Origin: Candidatus Rifleibacteriota bacterium
Lineage (GTDB): Bacteria > Muiribacteriota > Ozemobacteria > Ozemobacterales > Ozemobacteraceae
NCBI GenBank assembly: GCA_051747585.1
Contig: JBNJGH010000115.1
Location: forward strand, 1 to 10,105
Length of the DNA stretch: 10,105 bases
Reading direction: 5' to 3'
Shown piece after piece: positions 1 to 6,386 of this stretch. The position numbers were made by a program, and so were the translations under genes. The notes under the pieces were generated by a model that worked only from the letters and a program-made list of their open reading frames with translations, was not told the origin of the DNA and did no database searches. Within the stretch, counting starts at the first letter, position 1, and each line of letters opens with the position of its first letter.

Positions 1-40
1 TGTGGTTATTTTCTTTGTGGCTTTGAGACTTGGTGTGAGG
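1..40. repeat. Degenerate 8-nt periodic repeat, likely the right arm of a REP-like palindromic element extending beyond the window
   Basis: CTTTGTGG (13-20), CTTTGAGA (21-28), CTTGGTGT (29-36). Same style as CTCTGTG/CTCTGAG/CTCTGTG at 6100-6127. Positions 1-8 TGTGGTTA resemble that element's terminus TGTGGTAA. Confidence 0.4.
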
Positions 41-105
41 AATATTCTTTTCGAGAACCAACTGATAGACGCTTACCGAGAATTGCTGACGATTTTAATC
101 GGGTT

Positions 106-133
106 TTGTTAATTTAATCAGTTGTGTTAGACT
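106..133 (+). promoter_or_regulatory. Possible sigma70-type promoter for the 171-5880 gene run
   Basis: TTGTTA (106-111), 16-nt spacer, TAGACT (128-133) preceded by TG at 125-126 (extended -10). RBS-like GAGGA at 160-164 precedes ATG 171. AT-rich context makes chance matches possible. Confidence 0.3.
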
Positions 134-170
134 TAGCAAGCTTATTTTAAACCAATGCTGAGGAATTAAT

Positions 171-1115
171 ATGATCGACAAGTTTCAGGCCTGCATGCTC
201 GGCTATGCAATTGGCGATGCTCTGGCAGCGCCGATAGAAGATGTTTTTCGTTCACCGGAAGAAGGAGAACAAGCGATTAGTTTTTATGTAAAAGCTTTTC
301 CTTCACACCCGGTCAGCCACCTTGATGCCGGACAATACTCAGATGAAACTCAGGTCATGCTTATTCTTGCTGAAAGTCTTGGAGAAAAAGGCTGCTTCTC
401 GCTTGAAAATGTAATCAAAAAGCTGGTTGACTGGTTTCACTCACAAAAAAAACGTTCAGAATGGCGTTTTCCCGGCAACACTCTTATAAAATCATGCAGA
501 AAACTGGCAGCCGGAGCACAATGGAACCAGTCCGGCCACCTTTCTGCCGGTATAAATGCAAGTTGCCGCACAATTCCTTATGCACTGGCTTATTTCAAAT
601 CTTATCCGCTTTTAAAAGATGCGATTGAAAAATCCTGCCGCCTTACGCACACTGACACTAGAGCGATAGGCGTTGCCATGGCGCTCGCGACCGTTATTGC
701 AATGGGGCTTGAAGGCGAAGAGTTCTCGCCCGACCAGATAATGAATCGTATAATCGAAAAGTCTCATGCTTATGCCCCAAATATAGGCAAGAGAATGCAA
801 ACCGTTAAAGAGTCATTAAAACTTGAACCTGCAGCTGCAGTAGAGCTACTTGGCAACAGCGGCTTCTGCCTTGAGGCGTTCAGCACATCACTTTACTGGT
901 TTTTCAGACCCGAGAAGAAATTTGACGACATTATCATAGGTGCCGCCAACTGTGGTGGTGACGCTGATGCAATAGCGGCAATGACCGGGGCAATGTATGG
1001 AGCCTGGCATGGTCTTGGTTCTATTCCCGAGCGCTGGATAACACCCCTCGAGAATGCCCAGAAAATTAAACAACTCGGCTGCGACATCTATAGAATTGCC
1101 GTTCCTCAGGGCTGA
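171..1115 (+). CDS. ADP-ribosylglycohydrolase family protein (DraG/ARH-like)
   Basis: 314 aa. N-terminal 'GYAIGDALAAPIE', 'GQYSDETQ', 'SCRLTHT' and C-terminal 'NCGGDADAIAAMTGAMYGAWHGLGSIPERW' match the ADP_ribosyl_GH family pattern. Confidence 0.93.
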   Translation: MIDKFQACMLGYAIGDALAAPIEDVFRSPEEGEQAISFYVKAFPSHPVSHLDAGQYSDETQVMLILAESLGEKGCFSLENVIKKLVDWFHSQKKRSEWRFPGNTLIKSCRKLAAGAQWNQSGHLSAGINASCRTIPYALAYFKSYPLLKDAIEKSCRLTHTDTRAIGVAMALATVIAMGLEGEEFSPDQIMNRIIEKSHAYAPNIGKRMQTVKESLKLEPAAAVELLGNSGFCLEAFSTSLYWFFRPEKKFDDIIIGAANCGGDADAIAAMTGAMYGAWHGLGSIPERWITPLENAQKIKQLGCDIYRIAVPQG

Positions 1116-1143
1116 TTAACCCCGGATCTTAAGGAGAGCTTAT

Positions 1144-2064
1144 ATGGATAAACAACTTACCCATCTCGATCAAGACGGCAAGCTTAAAATGGTCGATGTT
1201 GGCAGCAAACCTGAAACAAGACGAGTCGCCATTGCTTTTGCCTCTGCTTTTATCGGCAGGCAAGCCATGCAACTGCTACAAAGCGGAGAATTAAAAAAAG
1301 GCGACGCTATAGCAGCATCAAGAGTGGCAGCTATTTACGCCGCCAAAAAAACTTCAGACCTTATTCCTTTAACCCACCCGATCAAACTTGACTCGGTAAG
1401 AGTAGATATTTTCCCCATCGACGAACAAAGAATGGGCACATTTGTCACTGCCAGGGCAACAGACCGAACCGGAGTGGAAATGGAAGCAATGGTAGGTGCT
1501 TCTGCCGCCATGATGAACCTTTACGACATGGTAAAAGGCGTAGACAAGGCTGCCCGAATAGAAACGGTGCGACTTATTCGCAAAACCGGCGGAAAAAGCG
1601 GCGACTGGCTAAGTGACAATGCTCAGGTGGGAAAAATCGAAAAACTTGCTACCAGCAAAGGTAAAGGTACCCCTAAAGACCCTTGCGATAAAGCCCACCT
1701 TAAAGTTAAATTCGGCTTGCAGGGCGACGCCCATGGGGGCGACTGGCACCGTCAGGTGTCGCTTCTCGGCATTGAAAGCATAAATAAAATGAAAGACAAA
1801 GGTCTTGATGTAGATTTCGGTTCATTTGCAGAAAACGTTGCCACCTCAGGGGTCTGCCTTTACAAACTTCCAATCGGAACTCTCATGTATGGCGAGTCAG
1901 GTTCAATTATGCAGGTAACCCAGATAGGCAAAGAATGTCACAACAAATGCGCAGTATATTATCAAGCAGGCGACTGCGTAATGCCTCGCGAAGGCATATT
2001 CACTGTAGTTCTGGTTCCCGGCCCTGTTAACAGCGGAGACGAATTTGTAACGGTTACTCTTTAA
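1144..2064 (+). CDS. moaC: Fusion of cyclic pyranopterin monophosphate synthase MoaC (aa ~1-156) and a MOSC domain (aa ~160-306)
   Basis: MoaC motifs 'LTHLD..G..KMVDVGSK', 'LIPLTHP', 'TGVEMEA', 'YDMVKGVD', 'KTGGKSG'. MOSC motifs 'GLQGDAHGGDWHRQVSLL', 'FAENV', 'TQIGKECH..C.......DCVMPREGIF'. RBS AAGGAG upstream. Confidence 0.93.
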   Translation: MDKQLTHLDQDGKLKMVDVGSKPETRRVAIAFASAFIGRQAMQLLQSGELKKGDAIAASRVAAIYAAKKTSDLIPLTHPIKLDSVRVDIFPIDEQRMGTFVTARATDRTGVEMEAMVGASAAMMNLYDMVKGVDKAARIETVRLIRKTGGKSGDWLSDNAQVGKIEKLATSKGKGTPKDPCDKAHLKVKFGLQGDAHGGDWHRQVSLLGIESINKMKDKGLDVDFGSFAENVATSGVCLYKLPIGTLMYGESGSIMQVTQIGKECHNKCAVYYQAGDCVMPREGIFTVVLVPGPVNSGDEFVTVTL

Positions 2065-2068
2065 AATT

Positions 2069-2515
2069 ATGAGCACAGAGCCAAATAAAAAATTTATTCT
2101 CGCTATTGATCCCGGGTCAGACAAGGTCGGCTACGCTGCATTAAATTATGATTTAACTGTTAGCGAAAAAGGAATTGTTTTTTTAAGTGAGCTTCACAGT
2201 CTTTTTAAGCGGTTCTGTGCTGAAGACAAAGAGCACAGGCCCGAGGCCGTCGTAATCGGCAACGGAACAGCAGCCGCAATAGTCTGCCGTCTGTATAATT
2301 CTCTTGAGCTAGAGCCACCGGTTAGATTTGCCGAAGAAAAAAATACCACCTACAAAGCCAGAAGCAGATATTTTGCCGAGAACCCACCCCAGGGATTCTG
2401 GCGACTCATTCCTTTGGGTTTACAAACCGCTCCGGTACCAATAGATGATTATGCAGCCATACTTATCGGCGAAAAATATTTACATGAGCAAAATCTTGTA
2501 ATAAAAATAGATTAA
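2069..2515 (+). CDS. YqgF/RuvX-like RNase H-fold nuclease (resolvase-like family)
   Basis: 148 aa. 'ILAIDPGSDKVGYA', 'VVIGNGT', 'EKNTTYKARSRYF' and 'PIDDYAAILIG' are typical of the YqgFc-domain subfamily. Confidence 0.85.
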   Translation: MSTEPNKKFILAIDPGSDKVGYAALNYDLTVSEKGIVFLSELHSLFKRFCAEDKEHRPEAVVIGNGTAAAIVCRLYNSLELEPPVRFAEEKNTTYKARSRYFAENPPQGFWRLIPLGLQTAPVPIDDYAAILIGEKYLHEQNLVIKID

Positions 2516-2518
2516 GCT

Positions 2519-4537
2519 ATGAAATTCGATAAAAACAGAACCCAACCATTCACTCCAATGGGAATAAAAGGGCTTTTATATATAGCAGCTTTTTTTCCGT
2601 TAATTTTAATTGCCCGCAAAAATTTAATCTTTGCCGAAAACTACCTGCCAATAACTATCTCAATTGTCACTGCCACCTTTTTTATATTATCTGCAAAAAT
2701 TATTTTTAATAAAACATCTTTGGGCAAGCTTTTTGCCATTCTCGGCTGCACAGGTTCGACCGCTGGAATCTTTCTATATTTAAAAATTACCCCGGTCAAC
2801 ACTCTAATCAGTTTAGCCATTTATACTCTGGCAATTTATTTTTTTGTCGAACTCGACTTATCATTCGGTTTTAAAAGGATAGAAGATAGAACCGAACGCG
2901 TATTACAACAGTCCAGGTGGGCGGCAAAGGGTCTTGTCGGCATTTCGTTATTATATATTATAATGATTAATGAAAGCTCTTTTGCGGCAAATTTTTTACT
3001 TCTTCTGGCAACCATATTTAATCAGTATCTAACGGTATCCTGGGCAATACACCAGCAATCCAGTTTCAGCAGATACGTCAATATTTTTATCAATACTATT
3101 CTATTACTTCTTTCATTTGTCCTCATCAACAATGGTTTAACTGTTGCCGGTTCTATTGGCACAGGTGCTATTATTCTACTTCTTCTTCCAAGATCGACTT
3201 ATTCGAACCAGAGAAATATAGGATGGCTCGAACCATTACTGAACCATCCGGCAAGATTAACCCTCACAACCTTCCTGATTCTTTGTATACTCGGAACTAT
3301 TCTTCTTGCAATGCCATCAGCAGGAGTTTCAGATATTTCACTAATAGACTCTGCCTTTACTTCTGTAAGTGCCGTATGCGTAACCGGTCTTATAGTCCTT
3401 GACACTCCGAATGACTTCACCTTTACCGGGCAGCTTTTCATACTTATTTTAATACAACTTGGCGGGCTTGGAATCATGACAGTTTCCACTGTTGCTTTAC
3501 ACGCCCTCGGACACAAACTCAGCCTCAAGCATGAAAAACTGCTGAATCTTACCTATAACTCAGATTATCAAAACCTGTCCAATTCTGTATTACAAATAGT
3601 AAAATTTACCTTTGTATTGGAATTACTTGGAGCTTTGATACTTACCCTGCTTTTTTACAATTCTGGTCTCGAATCGTCAGAATCACTCTGGAAAGGTATT
3701 TTCACCTCAATTTCGGCTTTTTGTAACGCCGGTTTTGCGCTTCAAAGTGACAGTTTTGTTTCCTATAATCGAAATCCCGCCATCCTGCATACAATAGCAT
3801 TTTTAATCGTTGCCGGTGGAACCTCGCCTGCCCTGGCCCTTATTGTTCCCAGCTGGCTGACCGACAAAAAAGTCTCGGTTGCTGCCAGACTTGCCCTTAT
3901 AACAACTCTTGTTTTACTCATCGGCGGGACCTTCTTTTTTCTCGCATTTGAATGGAACCATGTCCTGGCAGAATTTTCTTTTGCCGACAAACTCCATAAT
4001 GCCTGGTTTCAATCGGTTACCCTGCGAACTGCAGGTTTTAACAGCATAGTAATAAACAATGTTTTTAATCCGACTCTTATAATAATGATCTGCATGATGT
4101 TTATCGGCGGTAATCCCGGTGGTACTGCCGGCGGGGTAAAGACAACCACTGTCGCCGTTATGGCGGTGACTTTCTGGTCTTCGATTATGGGCTACAATAA
4201 AATTTCAATCCAAAATAGAAGAATTATGCCTCAAACTGTATATAAAGCTGCAACAACAATAGGTGCCGGTATCCTGATACTTCTTTGCGCTATTATAATG
4301 TTGTTGGCAACCCAGGCGATAAGCACCAGAGAATTGATTTTCGAAGCCGGCTCTGCACTTGGAACCGTAGGGCTGTCATGCGGAGCAACCACCAATCTGG
4401 ACAATATTGGTAAGATTATTATAATGTTCACCATGTTTGCCGGCAGAATTGGGCCTGTGACCCTTTTCACCCTGTTAAGCAAACCCAAACAAACCGATTC
4501 GGAAAACTTACTTGAAGCTAGAATAAATTTGAGTTAA
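2519..4537 (+). CDS. ktrB: KtrB/TrkH-family potassium uptake membrane subunit with a long hydrophobic N-terminal extension
   Basis: 672 aa. Four pore-loop motifs retain the filter Gly: 'SAVCVTGL', 'SAFCNAGF', 'SVTLRTAGF', 'SALGTVGLS'. Also 'MFIGGNPGGTAGGVKTTT' and 'MFAGRIGPVT'. The KtrB core begins at about 'HPAR' (aa ~243). Confidence 0.93.
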   Translation: MKFDKNRTQPFTPMGIKGLLYIAAFFPLILIARKNLIFAENYLPITISIVTATFFILSAKIIFNKTSLGKLFAILGCTGSTAGIFLYLKITPVNTLISLAIYTLAIYFFVELDLSFGFKRIEDRTERVLQQSRWAAKGLVGISLLYIIMINESSFAANFLLLLATIFNQYLTVSWAIHQQSSFSRYVNIFINTILLLLSFVLINNGLTVAGSIGTGAIILLLLPRSTYSNQRNIGWLEPLLNHPARLTLTTFLILCILGTILLAMPSAGVSDISLIDSAFTSVSAVCVTGLIVLDTPNDFTFTGQLFILILIQLGGLGIMTVSTVALHALGHKLSLKHEKLLNLTYNSDYQNLSNSVLQIVKFTFVLELLGALILTLLFYNSGLESSESLWKGIFTSISAFCNAGFALQSDSFVSYNRNPAILHTIAFLIVAGGTSPALALIVPSWLTDKKVSVAARLALITTLVLLIGGTFFFLAFEWNHVLAEFSFADKLHNAWFQSVTLRTAGFNSIVINNVFNPTLIIMICMMFIGGNPGGTAGGVKTTTVAVMAVTFWSSIMGYNKISIQNRRIMPQTVYKAATTIGAGILILLCAIIMLLATQAISTRELIFEAGSALGTVGLSCGATTNLDNIGKIIIMFTMFAGRIGPVTLFTLLSKPKQTDSENLLEARINLS

Positions 4538-4550
4538 GGAGCAATAAATT

Positions 4551-5210
4551 ATGGCTCAACAAATACTTGTAATAGGCCTTGGCCAGTTCGGCATGGCCCT
4601 GGCTGCTGCGCTGGTCAACAAAGGAGCAGAAGTTCTCGCAGTAGATATAAACAAAGAACTGGTAGAAGAAGCGGCCACCTTTGCCACAGAAGCTCTGGCA
4701 TTTGACGCTACAGATGAAGTTGAACTTGCAAAACTTGAACCAGGTAAAAGGAACTCTGCAGTCTGTGCGATTGGTGATGAATCAAGGGAAGCCTCGATCA
4801 TCTGCACAGCCCTTCTGCGTCAGATGGGCAATCCAAAGGTTATAGCAAGAGCCAACAGCCCAATGCATCAGCGAATACTACGCCTGGTGGGTGCTCACCA
4901 GATTCTAAATCCCGAACGGGAATTCGGAAACAGGTTTGCGAACCGACTGATATACAGTAATCTAATTGCGGATATGCCTTTGGGCGATGGACTTCATCTT
5001 TCTGAAGTAAGCGTTCCAACTGAAATGACAGGGAAATCCCTGATCGAACTTGAATTACCTAAAAAATATGGCGTAATGGTTGTAGCCATAAGACGTGGCA
5101 GTCCCAGCAGCATATTCCAGCCAGATCCAAACAATCCCTTAAAAGAAGGCGACAGCATGGTGCTTGTTTCAAAAGAAGAATCGATTAAACAACTTATGGA
5201 AGGGAATTAA
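4551..5210 (+). CDS. ktrA: KtrA/TrkA-family RCK regulatory subunit of the potassium uptake system
   Basis: 219 aa. Rossmann 'VIGLGQFG', 'VLAVD', 'VIARA', and C-terminal TrkA_C 'GKSLIELELPKKYGVMVVAIRR'. Adjacent to ktrB. RBS AAGGAG upstream. Confidence 0.93.
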   Translation: MAQQILVIGLGQFGMALAAALVNKGAEVLAVDINKELVEEAATFATEALAFDATDEVELAKLEPGKRNSAVCAIGDESREASIICTALLRQMGNPKVIARANSPMHQRILRLVGAHQILNPEREFGNRFANRLIYSNLIADMPLGDGLHLSEVSVPTEMTGKSLIELELPKKYGVMVVAIRRGSPSSIFQPDPNNPLKEGDSMVLVSKEESIKQLMEGN

Positions 5211-5211
5211 A

Positions 5212-5880
5212 ATGAGTTTAGCTCGTTCAATAAATCTCGGAGCCTGGTTAATTGTCATAATAAATCTTCTTATGGCCTTCGGCGCAATCGGAATTTTTAC
5301 CCGCATGGCTCCCGCTATAGAAAACATTCTCCAAAAAAACGCTATCTCTTTGAGAACATGCGAAACCATGCTGGCCCAGCTCGCTTTGGCAAAGATATCA
5401 AAAGACAAAAATGAAATATCGCAGAAGTTTAAAGCCGCTTTAATAAATGCAAAAAATAATATCAGCGAAAAAAACGAAGCCCAAATAATAGAAGACATTG
5501 AAAAACACTATGTAAAAGCTCTGAGCGGCGAGCAAGACGCGACCAGAATCACAGTCGAAAAGCTGCGCAAGCTAAGCAACATAAACTATTCCGCTATGTC
5601 TGAAGCCGATTCCAAAGCAAAGCAACTGGGAGGCGGCGGGGCATGGGCCATAGTCTTCATGGCACTGATCGCGTTTGTTTCTGGAGTTATTTTTATTCAT
5701 CAGATAACTCATAAACTTCTAATTCCGATTAAAGAAATCAAAATGGTTTTAATTGAGCATCTAAATGGTGAAACCAGAAGAAGATGTACAGGCATAGATC
5801 TTCCCGGTGATATTCGCAGCATTTACGGAAACCTGAATCAGGTGCTTGACCGAAGCATGCACAACAGCTTCGACGATTAA
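5212..5880 (+). CDS. Membrane protein: TM - extracytoplasmic helical sensor domain - TM - HAMP-like region; no kinase or MCP output domain
   Basis: ATG 5212 lies 1 nt after the ktrA stop and is preferred to the track's TTG 5164, giving 222 aa. Hydrophobic segments 'LGAWLIVIINLLMAFGAIGIF' and 'AWAIVFMALIAFVSGVIFI' flank a helical region. 'LLIPIKEIK...DIRSIYGNLNQVLDR' is HAMP-like. Confidence 0.75.
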   Translation: MSLARSINLGAWLIVIINLLMAFGAIGIFTRMAPAIENILQKNAISLRTCETMLAQLALAKISKDKNEISQKFKAALINAKNNISEKNEAQIIEDIEKHYVKALSGEQDATRITVEKLRKLSNINYSAMSEADSKAKQLGGGGAWAIVFMALIAFVSGVIFIHQITHKLLIPIKEIKMVLIEHLNGETRRRCTGIDLPGDIRSIYGNLNQVLDRSMHNSFDD

Positions 5881-5913
5881 ACCCCTTCAGGTGCCTGAAA
5901 TAAATTTACTAAA

Positions 5914-6130
5914 TTTAACCACCGAGATCACCGAGGACACCGAGGCGATTTTTAAATCTTTAACAGCCCTTGTTCCCAGCATCATAAAATGCCTGTAAAA
6001 GCACCAGTGTTTTTACAGGCATTTTATGATGCTGGGAAAGCCGGACGGTGAAACCGCCGGCTGATTGTCTGAAGGACAATCCACGGCTGTTAAAGATTTC
6101 TCTGTGTAACTCTGAGGGCTCTGTGGTAAA
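5914..6130. repeat. Nested (multibranch) palindromic element, REP/MITE-like or structured RNA
   Basis: Outer imperfect arms 5914-5946 / 6100-6130. Perfect 15-bp IR AAATCTTTAACAGCC 5954-5968 / 6085-6099. Perfect 28-bp IR 5973-6000 / 6011-6038. Small hairpins at 6040-6061 and 6063-6081. Confidence 0.85.
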
Positions 6131-6224
6131 TGTCTTTGCGATAAATGTCCTTACAGCTTGTTTAAGTTACATTCTTTTAGGTAGCAAGCTGATAGTCGTT
6201 GGTCGAAACCGCTTGAATTTTAAA

Positions 6225-6253
6225 TTGATGTTTGCAAAATTTAGTGATATTGT
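6225..6253 (+). promoter_or_regulatory. Possible sigma70-type promoter for the secreted-protein genes
   Basis: TTGATG (6225-6230), 17-nt spacer, TATTGT (6248-6253) with TG at 6245-6246 (extended -10). RBS GGAGG at 6372-6376 precedes ATG 6387. Confidence 0.35.
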
Positions 6254-6386
6254 ACCTTTAAAATAAAAAGACATTTCGGAGGCATTGAGACTTTAAAACT
6301 GTTGTCAACAACAACCCCCAGCTAAAAATTAAAAACAGACCTTTAAAAATTGCAGGTCTTAAATAAATTTCGGAGGAAAACTTTCT

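Noticed and set aside
1..117. Possible 3' end of an upstream gene (frame 1 open to 117, frame 2 open to 112)
   Set aside because: Too short to judge, neither frame is recognisable, and the first 40 nt look like a repeat arm; not called.
5164..5211. Upstream TTG start for the sensor-like gene
   Set aside because: It would overlap ktrA by 47 nt; ATG 5212 directly after the ktrA stop, with purine-rich GGAAGGGA upstream, is more plausible.
612..5498. Short minus-strand ORFs (612-800, 888-1073, 893-1087, 1903-2124, 3199-3528, 3763-3990, 4231-4488, 4556-4807, 5169-5498)
   Set aside because: They lie antisense to well-supported genes and carry no motifs; shadow ORFs.
5886..5917. TTCAGG-tg-CCTGAA and TAAATTTA-c-TAAATTTA as an intrinsic terminator
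   Set aside because: Short or AT-only stems with no proper U-tract; insufficient support.
5914..6130. CRISPR array, tRNA, or IS with transposase
   Set aside because: The repeats are inverted or only 7-9 nt, with no spacers and no cas genes. There are no tRNA D/T-loop motifs, no transposase ORF, and no unambiguous target-site duplication (TAAAT occurs at both ends but overlaps the arms).
6048..6266. 72-aa + strand ORF from the track
   Set aside because: It starts inside the palindromic element, has no RBS and no recognisable protein features; likely spurious.
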